A stretch of 64,000 bases of DNA from an uncultured Candidatus Saccharibacteria bacterium (GTDB lineage Bacteria; Patescibacteriota; Minisyncoccia; Phycocordibacterales; UBA918): assembly GCA_964649535.1 (NCBI GenBank), contig CAZYTF010000001.1, forward strand, positions 1,521 to 65,520. Direction: 5' to 3'. Every line of letters starts with the position of its first letter. The stretch's first letter is position 1. Shown in pieces: positions 1 through 9,441 of the stretch. Below the pieces are notes generated by a model. The model saw nothing but the letters and a program-made list of their open reading frames with translations, was not told the origin of the DNA and ran no database searches. The translations under genes were made by a program, and so were the position numbers.

Positions 1-1
1 A

Positions 2-352
2 ACACAAGTACTTTCAGCTATAAAGGGATTATCAAAGTCAAAAGTAAGTCAACTGATTATTGCATATGAGCCAATATGGGCGATTAGTAAGGGTGATGGA
101 AAGGGGAAGACGGCAACTCCTGAAGACGCCCATGAGATGAAGTTATTTATTCAAAAAATCCTCGCTGATTTTTTTGGAAGAAAAACAGTAGATAAAATTA
201 GGATTCTATATGGAGGTTCTGTTAATTCGCAAAATGCAGAAGAACTTTTTGCTGTAGGACAAGTGGATGGTTTTCTTGTGGGAGGTGCAAGTCTAAAACC
301 AAAAGAATTTATTTCAATTATAAATACTGTCGAAACGTATGCCAACACATAA
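2..352 (+). CDS. tpiA: triosephosphate isomerase, 5'-truncated by window edge
   Basis: Frame is open from base 2; contains IIAYEPIWAI, ILYGGSV and DGFLVGGASL motifs. Confidence 0.95.
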   Translation, partial: TQVLSAIKGLSKSKVSQLIIAYEPIWAISKGDGKGKTATPEDAHEMKLFIQKILADFFGRKTVDKIRILYGGSVNSQNAEELFAVGQVDGFLVGGASLKPKEFISIINTVETYANT

Positions 353-1478
353 ATTGCCTGCCGTTACTGAGTGTACAGATTTGAAAGGAAAATATGTGCT
401 ACTTCGCTCTTCACTCAATGTGCCTATTGCCGACAATCAAATAAAAAATCATTTTAGGATTACTCGAGCTATTCCAACGCTAGAGTACTTAGTTAAAGCT
501 GGAGCTCGCGTTATTCTGTGTGCGCATATTGGTAGAGAAAAAGAGAACACTCTTGAACCAATATTTACATATCTTCAAGATACATTCACCATTCACTTTT
601 CCGATGAGGTTGTTGGGCCACATACAAAAGAAATGCAGGAAGGCCTTAAAGATGGAGAGATTCTCATGCTCGAAAATCTTAGGCGTGACCCGCGTGAGCA
701 AAAAAATGATGCAGATTTTGCACGTTCACTCGCAGACTTGGCAGAGTTGTATGTAAACGATGCATTTGCAGCTTCACACAGAGAACACGCTTCACTTATT
801 GGCGTACCTGCATTTCTGCCTACGTATTTTGGAATCAATTTCCTACTTGAGTATGAAGAGCTACAAAAAGCAGAAAAGCCAGAGAGTCCTTCTTTGTTTA
901 TTCTAGGTGGTGCTAAGTTTGAAACAAAAATGCCACTAGTAGAAAAATTTTTGGATTTGTATGACCATGTATTTGTTGGGGGTGCACTTGCTAATGACTT
1001 TTTTAAAGCTAAAGGTATTGAAATTGGAAAGTCATTGATATCGGATGTAGATCTTACAGGGAGCCCTCTTTTGTCAAACGAAAAAATACTTCTACCGAAA
1101 GATCTCGTTGTTCGAGATGATTCTGGAGCTACTAGAGTTGTCATTGTTGAGGATGTACGACCAGATGAGACCATTGTAGACTCGGGGCCAGCAACAATTC
1201 AGATGCTGGAGTTGTTCATCAGAAATGCAAAAATTATTTTGTGGAATGGACCGCTTGGAAATTACGAAGCTGGTTTCAATACTGAAACACTAGCGCTGGC
1301 TACTTTGCTCGCCAATGCCCCAGGGCGTTCAATGGTGGGTGGTGGAGATACCGTCGCTGCGATTGAGTCACTTGGCTTCCAAGATAAATACACCTATCTT
1401 TCAGGTGCGGGTGGGGCAATGCTTACTTTCTTGGAAAAAGGTTCCTTGCCAGCAATTGATGTTGTTGTAAAAAAGTAA
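339..1478 (+). CDS. pgk: phosphoglycerate kinase
   Basis: LNVP, AHIGR, LENLR, YVNDAFAASHREHAS, WNGPLG, GGGDT motifs; overlaps tpiA stop. Confidence 0.95.
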   Translation: MPTHKLPAVTECTDLKGKYVLLRSSLNVPIADNQIKNHFRITRAIPTLEYLVKAGARVILCAHIGREKENTLEPIFTYLQDTFTIHFSDEVVGPHTKEMQEGLKDGEILMLENLRRDPREQKNDADFARSLADLAELYVNDAFAASHREHASLIGVPAFLPTYFGINFLLEYEELQKAEKPESPSLFILGGAKFETKMPLVEKFLDLYDHVFVGGALANDFFKAKGIEIGKSLISDVDLTGSPLLSNEKILLPKDLVVRDDSGATRVVIVEDVRPDETIVDSGPATIQMLELFIRNAKIILWNGPLGNYEAGFNTETLALATLLANAPGRSMVGGGDTVAAIESLGFQDKYTYLSGAGGAMLTFLEKGSLPAIDVVVKK

Positions 1479-1487
1479 GTACCAAAT

Positions 1488-1517
1488 ACAAAAGGAGGTT
1501 TAAAAACCTCCTTTTGT
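1488..1517. terminator. bidirectional intrinsic terminator
   Basis: acaaaaggaggtt-taaa-aacctccttttgt hairpin between convergent pgk and HIT genes. Confidence 0.8.
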
Positions 1518-1526
1518 TGTAGTTAC

Positions 1527-1952
1527 TTAATCTAAATCACTTTCATCCGTGCCTTCCATTGCCGCCTGAATTTGAGTTGCGACGACAGCGAGTTCTTCGT
1601 CAGTAGCTTCCATGCCTTCAGACATTATCATACTTAGTGCCTTTTCAGTGTTTTGCATCGGGTAAATTTTTATATGCACGTGAGGAACCTCAAACCCTTC
1701 AACAACCAAGCATGTCCTTTCTGCATTCAGTGCTTTGTCAGAAGCTTTCCCAACCTTTTTGGCGACTTGAAAAAGGTGCAGATACGTATCATCGTCAAGA
1801 TCAAAGGCATAGTCAACATCTTTTTTTGGGATAATAACTGATTGACCTTTAACTGCAGGATTTTTGTCTAAAATGGCAATACAAAGATCGTCTTCATAAA
1901 TAAAATGAGCAGGAACCTCGCGCTTTATGATTTTTGTGAAAATAGAAGACAT
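1527..1952 (-). CDS. HIT family nucleotide hydrolase
   Basis: SIFTKII N-terminus and EVPHVHIK (histidine triad with third His replaced by Lys). Confidence 0.85.
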   Translation of the reverse strand: MSSIFTKIIKREVPAHFIYEDDLCIAILDKNPAVKGQSVIIPKKDVDYAFDLDDDTYLHLFQVAKKVGKASDKALNAERTCLVVEGFEVPHVHIKIYPMQNTEKALSMIMSEGMEATDEELAVVATQIQAAMEGTDESDLD

Positions 1953-1996
1953 GACTGGATATTATGAGATTATTGGAACATGGTACCATAGCTTTC

Positions 1997-3724
1997 ATGG
2001 TTAACTACAGAGTGGCAGATGCTGCCCCCAAAGAGGTCAAAGAAATTCTGTTTGAGTATAGTCCTTTGGTGCAACAATTGCTCTATTCTCGGGGTATTGT
2101 AACGGTCAATGAGGCTCAATCTTTTTTAAATCCCTCATATGAAACTGATTTGCATGACCCGTTCCTTTTGCATGATATGGATATAGCAGTCACGCGAATT
2201 CTTGATGCAATGAAGAAAGATCAGAAGGTAGTTATTTATAGTGATTACGACTGTGATGGAATTCCGGGAGCTGTCATTCTCCATGATTTTTTTAAAATGG
2301 TTGGCTTTGGTAACTTCACTAACTATATCCCCCATAGACACTATGAAGGATTTGGCTTCAGTACCTACGCAGTGGGGAAGCTGTCTGAGGATGCTGTAGA
2401 GCTCATCATTACTATTGACTGTGGGACAACTGACGTTGAAGCTGCGGCACTTGCTAAAGAGAAGGGAATTGATGTCATTATTACTGACCATCATGAACCT
2501 AAACAATCTGAAAAAAAAGAACTAATGTTTCCTCAGGCGCATGCTATTGTGAATCCAAAGATTGGCGATACGTATCCGTTTGGAGGCTTGTGTGGAGCTG
2601 GCGTTGTTTTTAAGCTGGCTCAAGCGCTCATTGCTAAAGGTGTTCAAGAGCACATGTTTGAAATAAAACCAGGCTTGGAAAAGTGGTGGCTCGATATGGT
2701 GGGTATTGCAACTATCGCAGATATGGTGCCACTTACAGGTGAAAATCGTGCACTTGCGTATTATGGACTTCAGGTGCTGAGGAAGTCCCGACGTCCAGGG
2801 CTGCAGCAGCTTCTTCGCAAACAAGGGGTTCAACAAAGGTCACTGACCGAAGACGATATTGGATTTACTATTGGCCCTCGCATTAATGCGGCCTCAAGAA
2901 TGGATAATCCTGAAGATGCGTTTTGTCTGCTCACAACAACCGATGAAGGAGATGCAGGAGCCAGGGCAGCGCATTTGGAAAAATTGAATAATGAACGGCG
3001 AGGTCTCGTTGCTGCAATGACTAAAGAAGCGCATAAGCGACTTAAAGATATTGTTGAGGTACCTGATGTGCTGGTGATGGGAAATCCTGATTGGCGCCCT
3101 GCGTTGGTTGGACTTGTTGCGAATAAGCTGGCGGAAGAATATAAACGCCCGGCGTTCTTGTGGGGACGAGATGGAAATGGGGTAATAAAAGGTTCGTGTC
3201 GCTCAGACGGGCGGGTGAGCGTTGTGCGTCTTATGGAGGGTGTCACAGATCATTTTGATGAGCACGGTGGACACCATCAATCTGGTGGATTTAGTGTAGT
3301 AGAAGGTTCCATACATACCTTCTCGAAAGCACTTAATGACGCCTATGTTGCTTTGGGCGAAGGAGCTCTGATAGATGAAGAGTTACTCGTGGATCTTTCA
3401 TTGGAACTTCACGACATAGATACTGCCTTTTTGCGTGAACAAGTGAGTCTTTCGCCATTTGGTGTACATAACCCAAAGCCATTGTATGAGTTTAAAGATA
3501 TCGAGCCAACTTCGGTAGATATTTTCGGGAAAACAAAAGAACATACAAAACTTTTGTTCGAAACAGCAGGAATCGCTCGTGAAGCAATTGCCTTTTTTCG
3601 TTTGCCAGGACAGTTCTGTGCGGAACCAAAAGTGGGCCAAAAGCTAACGCTTTTGGCCCACTTAGAGCAGTCTTTTTTCATGGGGCGCCAACAAACTCGC
3701 TTACGCATCATAGATATTGTATAG
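1997..3724 (+). CDS. recJ: single-stranded DNA exonuclease RecJ
   Basis: YSDYDCDG, ITIDCG, ITDHH, GPRINAASR, KGSCRS, GGH (DHH/DHHA1); ATG 1997 chosen because TACCAT lies just upstream. Confidence 0.93.
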   Translation: MVNYRVADAAPKEVKEILFEYSPLVQQLLYSRGIVTVNEAQSFLNPSYETDLHDPFLLHDMDIAVTRILDAMKKDQKVVIYSDYDCDGIPGAVILHDFFKMVGFGNFTNYIPHRHYEGFGFSTYAVGKLSEDAVELIITIDCGTTDVEAAALAKEKGIDVIITDHHEPKQSEKKELMFPQAHAIVNPKIGDTYPFGGLCGAGVVFKLAQALIAKGVQEHMFEIKPGLEKWWLDMVGIATIADMVPLTGENRALAYYGLQVLRKSRRPGLQQLLRKQGVQQRSLTEDDIGFTIGPRINAASRMDNPEDAFCLLTTTDEGDAGARAAHLEKLNNERRGLVAAMTKEAHKRLKDIVEVPDVLVMGNPDWRPALVGLVANKLAEEYKRPAFLWGRDGNGVIKGSCRSDGRVSVVRLMEGVTDHFDEHGGHHQSGGFSVVEGSIHTFSKALNDAYVALGEGALIDEELLVDLSLELHDIDTAFLREQVSLSPFGVHNPKPLYEFKDIEPTSVDIFGKTKEHTKLLFETAGIAREAIAFFRLPGQFCAEPKVGQKLTLLAHLEQSFFMGRQQTRLRIIDIV

Positions 3725-3731
3725 TCAGGAG

Positions 3732-4154
3732 ATGGAAAAAGTAATTGCGTATACAGATGGGGAAGCCCGAGGCAATCCAGGGCCTGCAGGAATCGGTGTG
3801 TACATACAGAATGAACAAGGAATGCTGTTGAAAGAAATGTCCGATTTTATTGGGAACAGTACTGATGATTTTGCTCAATATCAGGGCGTCATGACTGCAC
3901 TTCAAGCACTTGAAGATATGTACGGAAAGAAGTTGAAAGAAATGGAGTTTGAGATACGGATGGGTAGTGAACTCGTAAAGAAACAGCTAAATCATGAATG
4001 TCAGATAAAGGAACCAGGGATTGTCCCGATGTTTATTGAAATCCACAACATGCGCGTTTCAAGTTTTCCAAATCTTATCATCACACATGTTTCGAGCAAT
4101 AAAAATGCAGAAGCTAACCGTTTAGCTAACGAAGCAATAGAGACTAAAGGATAA
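3732..4154 (+). CDS. ribonuclease HI-family protein with degenerate active site
   Basis: YTDGEARGNPGPAGIG and N..A.RLAN.A motifs; three of four catalytic carboxylates substituted. Confidence 0.8.
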   Translation: MEKVIAYTDGEARGNPGPAGIGVYIQNEQGMLLKEMSDFIGNSTDDFAQYQGVMTALQALEDMYGKKLKEMEFEIRMGSELVKKQLNHECQIKEPGIVPMFIEIHNMRVSSFPNLIITHVSSNKNAEANRLANEAIETKG

Positions 4155-4240
4155 TCTTCCTTGACCATGGTTTGATTCCATAGTATTTTCCTATTCACCA
4201 CTATTCAATTTCAGAAGTAGTGCGTTCTTTGGAGGAATGA

Positions 4241-4459
4241 ATGACTATTACAACAACAGTCACTAAAAATTCTGGTTTGTCAGCACGCTTGGAATCTTTG
4301 CGTGAAAAACATGAAAAACTTGATACAAAAATTTTGGCAGCTCAAAATTGTGTTTGTCCGGATTCACTCGAAATCACAGAGGATAAGCGCAGGAAGCTTA
4401 AATGCAAAGAAGAGATTTTGCGGATTGAAGAAAAGATTTCGAAGCTCCAGGAAGGGTGA
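4241..4459 (+). CDS. YdcH/DUF465-like small coiled-coil protein
   Basis: RLESLREKHEKLD...KRRKLKCKEEI pattern; GGAGG SD. Confidence 0.65.
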   Translation: MTITTTVTKNSGLSARLESLREKHEKLDTKILAAQNCVCPDSLEITEDKRRKLKCKEEILRIEEKISKLQEG

Positions 4460-4554
4460 GTTAGTGTCGTTGTTATATTAGGTCGGTGCAGATTACATCG
4501 ACCTCATATGCGATTGTCGTAATAAGGTATATTGATATTTGATACACTACGTAT

Positions 4555-6162
4555 ATGCGTGGTGTATTTTTTTATGTTGCTGTCATAGGATTAGTGTTGG
4601 GTATTTTTGCACGTTCTCTGTATGAGTTTGGGGTAGAGAGTATTGCCTGGATATTGTTTCTAAGTTTCACTGCGGTAGTTATTTGGAAAAGAAGTACCTT
4701 AGTTGCCAGGGAGGAAATTAGTTTTGAAAACAAGTCTTCATGGAATCAGCACTCTTCATTGTCGTTCGTTTTGTTGTGTAGCATCTTCATGCTTTGCATG
4801 TCACTTGGGGCGTTGCGGATGGAAGTAGCCAATTGGAAAGATGGTCAGAGTCAGTTTCTGTCTTCAGTTGGAAAAGAAGTTGCTTTTAGAGGGGTTGTAC
4901 AAAGAGAGCCAGATATTAGGGAAAATGCGACACATCTCTATGTGCGTGTAGATACAGAAATTGTATTGGTGACTACGGACAGGTTTGCAAATATACGTTA
5001 TGGTGATGAGCTTTTTGTGACGGGGAAGCTCATGGAGCCCTCCTCATTTGAAACAGACTTAGGCCGCACTTTTAATTACCCAGGATATTTGAGGGCACGA
5101 GGTGTTGCGTACATGATGCAGTATGCAGACATCGAAAAAGTTTCTTCCGGAAAGGGAAATCGTGTTGTCTCGGCACTTTTGTCTTTTAAGATGCGTTTCA
5201 TGGAGAATATTGAAACGGTGCTACAGGAACCACATGCGGGGCTTTCAGAAGGATTGCTTCTCGGAGTGAAACGTGCACTTGGAGAAGATCTTGAAACTGT
5301 CTTTAGGAAAACTGGCATAATCCATATTGTTGTACTCTCTGGCTATAACATCATGCTTGTTGTAGCGTTTGTCATGTATGTGCTCGCATTTCTTTTGCCA
5401 ATGCGCGCACGTCTTGTGTTTGGAATTGTCGCAGTGTCTGCTTTTGCGCTTATGGTTGGACTGAGTGCAACGGTCGTTCGCGCCAGTATTATGGCGGCAC
5501 TCGTTTTGGTTGCACGTTCGTTTGGTCGAACCTATACCGTTATGCGTGCACTTATGCTTGCTGGCCTTGTGATGCTTTTCATTAATCCCTACTTACCTGT
5601 GTATGATACGGGTTTTCAGCTTTCATTTGTCGCGACGCTTGGACTGATACTGGTTGCTCCGGTTATAGAGGCACGACTTCATCTCGTGCCAACAGTAATT
5701 GGTCTACGTGAATTCCTTACCGCGACACTAGCTACACAACTTTTTGTGATGCCAATATTGCTATACCAAATCGGTGAGTTTTCTGTGGTCTCAGTGGTGG
5801 TGAATGTACTTGTCCTCCCAATGGTTCCTGTTGCGATGCTTTTAACTTTTGCAGCTGGCATGCTTGTGTTTGTTTCTCATACACTTGCATTGCCGATAGC
5901 GTTTGTGGCATACGGGTCACTGACATACATAATTTCTGTAGCAACATTCTTTGCTGCACTCCCGTTCGCATCATTTGTTGTTCCCACATTCCCTTTTGTG
6001 GGTGTGCTTGTTGCGTATGGTGTCCTTGGTTACGGACTTTATTATTTTTCTCATGTTAAAAAAGATACTAAAGATACTCAGACGTTCTCGGAGTGGACGA
6101 TAGAGGAGGCTGCAGATGTAGAAAGAGAAAAAGAAAAGCCTCTGCCTGTGTTCTTTCGGTAG
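4555..6162 (+). CDS. comEC: ComEC/Rec2 competence protein, membrane (OB + Competence) part
   Basis: TGIIHIVVLSGYNI, SATVVRASIMA, NP..YDTGFQLSF motifs; many TM segments. Confidence 0.9.
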   Translation: MRGVFFYVAVIGLVLGIFARSLYEFGVESIAWILFLSFTAVVIWKRSTLVAREEISFENKSSWNQHSSLSFVLLCSIFMLCMSLGALRMEVANWKDGQSQFLSSVGKEVAFRGVVQREPDIRENATHLYVRVDTEIVLVTTDRFANIRYGDELFVTGKLMEPSSFETDLGRTFNYPGYLRARGVAYMMQYADIEKVSSGKGNRVVSALLSFKMRFMENIETVLQEPHAGLSEGLLLGVKRALGEDLETVFRKTGIIHIVVLSGYNIMLVVAFVMYVLAFLLPMRARLVFGIVAVSAFALMVGLSATVVRASIMAALVLVARSFGRTYTVMRALMLAGLVMLFINPYLPVYDTGFQLSFVATLGLILVAPVIEARLHLVPTVIGLREFLTATLATQLFVMPILLYQIGEFSVVSVVVNVLVLPMVPVAMLLTFAAGMLVFVSHTLALPIAFVAYGSLTYIISVATFFAALPFASFVVPTFPFVGVLVAYGVLGYGLYYFSHVKKDTKDTQTFSEWTIEEAADVEREKEKPLPVFFR

Positions 6163-6253
6163 TCTTCACAAGATAGTATTGTGTTGCATATTAATAATTT
6201 CTTCTCAAAATGGGTATACTAAATTTATATACATCGAGATACAGGAGGTTGTT

Positions 6254-6340
6254 ATGATAATTTTTCATTATCCAGTAAGTTTCCTCATTGTGTGTGTTGT
6301 ACTTCTTTTTCTTAGCGCATTAGTTTTGGGACTTATTTAG
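6254..6340 (+). CDS. 28-aa single-pass membrane micropeptide
   Basis: MIIFHYPVSFLIVCVVLLFLSALVLGLI; AGGAGG SD, upstream TATACT, downstream terminator; below ORF-track cutoff. Confidence 0.55.
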   Translation: MIIFHYPVSFLIVCVVLLFLSALVLGLI

Positions 6341-6352
6341 TATAAGTTGATT

Positions 6353-6389
6353 CGCCTGACTAGGCATGCAGCCTGGTCAGGTGCTTTTT
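6353..6389 (+). terminator. intrinsic terminator
   Basis: cgcctgactaggc-atgca-gcctggtcaggtg followed by T-run. Confidence 0.7.
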
Positions 6390-6437
6390 AATAAAATATA
6401 TTTACCAACGCTTCATTCTCCCTTATACTAAGAAGAT

Positions 6438-7043
6438 ATGAAAAAAGTTAACATTCGCGAATCCCTTGGAGTAGGATGGTCACAATTTAAAAAACGGCCA
6501 TGGTACCTCCTCGGGCTCACGCTTGCAGTTGCGGGATTATTTGTAGTAGCTGGCGTTAATGAAGTGGGGGTTACAGCACTTGCCTATATTGTGTACGGTG
6601 GTTTTATAGCGATACTCCTTAAACATTACGCGGGTCAGGTTGTGGAATTCGATGATTTATTTGATATCGATAAACGGTGGGTTTACTTTGCATTCCTTGG
6701 AATAATCAAAACTTTGTTGATAATGCTTGGTTTTCTCTGCTTCGTAATTCCAGGAATCTACCTTTCTGTACGATGGATGTTTGCTGAACTCTTTGTTATT
6801 GACCAAGGAATGCGACCTGTAGAGGCACTCAGAGCGAGCAGCAAGATTGTCGAAGGACACTGGTGGAAGTTATTTTTGTTCAGCATTGCGGGAGTGTTAT
6901 TGGTAGTAGTGAGTCTCTTTGCGTTTATTGTTGGTGCTGTCATTGCGTGGATTGTCATGCATTTTGCAGTAATCAAAATATATAAAAATTTACAACTCAC
7001 TGAAGTATTGGTTGAAACAGAGGCTCCGTATATTGAAAATTAG
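6438..7043 (+). CDS. hypothetical integral membrane protein
   Basis: Several TM helices with IPGIYLSVRW and EALRASSKIVEGHWWKLF pattern. Confidence 0.8.
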   Translation: MKKVNIRESLGVGWSQFKKRPWYLLGLTLAVAGLFVVAGVNEVGVTALAYIVYGGFIAILLKHYAGQVVEFDDLFDIDKRWVYFAFLGIIKTLLIMLGFLCFVIPGIYLSVRWMFAELFVIDQGMRPVEALRASSKIVEGHWWKLFLFSIAGVLLVVVSLFAFIVGAVIAWIVMHFAVIKIYKNLQLTEVLVETEAPYIEN

Positions 7044-7093
7044 AAAGCACATAAAAAAGCGGCACCTTTGGGCGCCGCTTTTTTATGTGCTTT
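7044..7093. terminator. bidirectional terminator
   Basis: aaagcacataaaaaagcggc.cc-ttt-gggcgccgcttttttatgtgcttt long inverted repeat between convergent genes. Confidence 0.85.
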
Positions 7094-7664
7094 ACACTCG
7101 ACCTGCGACAACTTCCCAGTTGAGGTTTTCAAAGAAAGCATCGATATACTTTTTCTTTTCACTTGGCGGGTAGTCAAGCATGTATGAATGTTCCCACATG
7201 TCGAGTCCGAATACGATGTGCACATCAGCAAGTTGTCCAATGTGTTGCTCGTCCACCCATGTGCAGACAAGTTTGTGTACTGAAGCATCGAAATATACGA
7301 GCACCCAGCCTACTCCTCTCGTCATTGCGGTGCCAGAAACATGGGCAACGAATCCCTCCCAAGAACCATACTGCTCTTCAGCAAGAGTTTTGAAAGTTCC
7401 TTCAGGGACTTCTTTTGCTCCACCTTCAAACTGCTCAAAATAGTATTCGTGGTTTTTCATCCCTCCGAACTCAAATCCAAGACGACGGTTCACTTCAGCG
7501 AGTGCATACGCATTTTTTTCTGAATCTTGCTTTAGTTCAGCAATTTTTTCATGGATAAGATTCACATGTTTTACGTATCCTGCGTAAAGGCCTAAGTGTT
7601 CTTTAATGGTATTCTCTGAAATTCCTTTAAGTTTGGGAATAGTAAATGTTTTTATTTCGTACAT
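7092..7664 (-). CDS. Fe/Mn superoxide dismutase family protein
   Basis: EHLGLYAGYV, KNHEYYF, GVGW, LDMWEHSY; true start is ATG 7664 (MYEIK), not 8000. Confidence 0.9.
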   Translation of the reverse strand: MYEIKTFTIPKLKGISENTIKEHLGLYAGYVKHVNLIHEKIAELKQDSEKNAYALAEVNRRLGFEFGGMKNHEYYFEQFEGGAKEVPEGTFKTLAEEQYGSWEGFVAHVSGTAMTRGVGWVLVYFDASVHKLVCTWVDEQHIGQLADVHIVFGLDMWEHSYMLDYPPSEKKKYIDAFFENLNWEVVAGRV

Positions 7665-7713
7665 AGTGGTGATTTTACAGACCGGTAATGGTGACCAGTG
7701 TATCATATTCATA

Positions 7714-8577
7714 ATGACAGACACTCTTGCGCGTATGCGTCTCATGATTTTAATTATGCTGCTTCTATCTATGGCAGGGGTGTGGATATTGCCGAAGATG
7801 GAGGAAGAAGAACGGAATCCTGAACTTTTTGTATCCTTCCTTAACATCGGGCAAGGGGACGCTGTGTTTATCGAAACTGCATCAGGGGTACAGATACTTA
7901 TAGACGGCGGTCCAACCTCAGCGATACTTCGCGAACTTGCAGAGGTAATGGATATATTCGATACACACATTGATATTGTCGTCGGGACACATCCTGACAA
8001 AGATCATATTGGGGGACTTGTCGATGTTCTGAATCGATATAACGTTGATACTATTATTACTACTGAGAATGAGTCTGAAAGTGCAGTTTTCCAAGCATTT
8101 AAAGATGCAGTCGCTGCTGAAGAAGCGGATGTTATTCTGGCGCGAAGAGGGCAGATTGTTACGCTCGATGCCAGCACAACTCTTGAGATTTTGTTTCCAG
8201 AAAATAATCCAAAAGACATGGAAAGTAATGCTTCATCGATTGTGCTTAGGCTGACGTACGGAGAAAGTTCTTTTTTATTTACAGGAGATTCACCAAAACG
8301 AATTGAGGAGTACTTAGTGTTGGCAGAAGGGGAGTATCTCAAAAGTGATGTACTTAAGATTGGGCATCATGGTTCACGTACCTCAACATCCGAGATTTTT
8401 CTTGATGAAGTGCACCCTACCTATGCAGTTATTTCAGCAGGCAGAGATAATAGTTATGGACATCCACATGTTGAAGTCACTGACACGCTTTTCAACGCAG
8501 GCGTTCGAATCCTCAATACAGCAGAGGTTGGAAGAATTACTTTTGTATCTGACGGGGAAGGTATACAAGTTAAATAA
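7714..8577 (+). CDS. ComEC/Rec2-family MBL-fold nuclease (stand-alone)
   Basis: NIGQGDA, LIDGG, THPDKDHIGG, LFTGD, KIGHHGS, YGHPH; N-terminal TM anchor. Confidence 0.9.
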   Translation: MTDTLARMRLMILIMLLLSMAGVWILPKMEEEERNPELFVSFLNIGQGDAVFIETASGVQILIDGGPTSAILRELAEVMDIFDTHIDIVVGTHPDKDHIGGLVDVLNRYNVDTIITTENESESAVFQAFKDAVAAEEADVILARRGQIVTLDASTTLEILFPENNPKDMESNASSIVLRLTYGESSFLFTGDSPKRIEEYLVLAEGEYLKSDVLKIGHHGSRTSTSEIFLDEVHPTYAVISAGRDNSYGHPHVEVTDTLFNAGVRILNTAEVGRITFVSDGEGIQVK

Positions 8578-8602
8578 AAAAAGCGGCATGCCCGCTTTTG
8601 GT

Positions 8603-9001
8603 CTACTCACTGACAGGCATTCGAGTCAATAACTTTTGGTAATCGGACTCGACGTGCGCTATCGTTCGTTGCGTATGTGCTAGAGCAAGAAGGTATGCAA
8701 TTTCTCTTTGCATACTCTCACTTTCGATTCTTGACTCTGGTGTTGTAAAAATGGTGCTGTAGTACAGTTCGTAACTTGTCAGAATCATGCCCAACACTTT
8801 GCTGACTTCATTCAATCCAAAGTGTTTTGACAGCAACCCAAGTATTTGTCGTTCAGTCCTGACTTGCGTGTGTGAACGAACTGCAAGTTCGGAATTGAAG
8901 TAAAGTTCTTGGCATGCTTTTATCAGCAGTTGCCATCGCTCTGGACTGAGTTTCGTTATACGACGTCGTGAAGATATGTGAATAATGTTTGATTTTCCCA
9001 T
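8603..9001 (-). CDS. hypothetical protein
   Basis: 132-aa ORF with AGGAG SD and upstream TATACT. Confidence 0.55.
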   Translation of the reverse strand: MGKSNIIHISSRRRITKLSPERWQLLIKACQELYFNSELAVRSHTQVRTERQILGLLSKHFGLNEVSKVLGMILTSYELYYSTIFTTPESRIESESMQREIAYLLALAHTQRTIAHVESDYQKLLTRMPVSE

Positions 9002-9118
9002 GTTCTTCTCCTAATGTTCTGTGTTCCTGTGCGAGTATAGCAAAAATATGTGCATTAGACAGAGAATAAGAAAAAGCCGAACGCTTTGCGTTCGGCTTTT
9101 TCTTGTATCTTCACAAAT

Positions 9119-9361
9119 CTAAATAAGTTTTGCTTCCTTAAGTGTTTTGTATGCACCGTTCTTTGCGATAGTTCGAAGTGCTTTAGTAGAAACATTTATT
9201 GTTACGTACTTATCAATCTCTGCAACAAATATTCGCTTCTTTTGAAGGTTTGGAGCTCGTTTCGTTTTGCCGCTAGGGTTAAACTGCGTCGCACGAGTAC
9301 GGTTGCTGTATTTTCCTCCGATTTGGGTTTTCTTCCCTGTGATGTCGCATTGCTTTGCCAT
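9119..9361 (-). CDS. rpmB: 50S ribosomal protein L28
   Basis: MAKQCDITGK...KTKRAPNLQKK...VSTKALRTI. Confidence 0.9.
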   Translation of the reverse strand: MAKQCDITGKKTQIGGKYSNRTRATQFNPSGKTKRAPNLQKKRIFVAEIDKYVTINVSTKALRTIAKNGAYKTLKEAKLI

Positions 9362-9441
9362 ATAATTGGTTTCTTTAGTGGCGCTATCGTACCATAGTCC
9401 TTTGATTCTGCAAGCCTTTTGCAGTAGTATAGTGCTTACTT

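Noticed and set aside
7044-7093. Similarity of this hairpin to the one near 52850 as a mobile repeat
   Set aside because: Both are explained as bidirectional terminators between convergent genes
7665-8000. N-terminal extension of the 302-aa sod ORF
   Set aside because: It is antisense to the ComEC-like MBL gene; SOD similarity starts at MYEIK (7664) with a -10 just upstream
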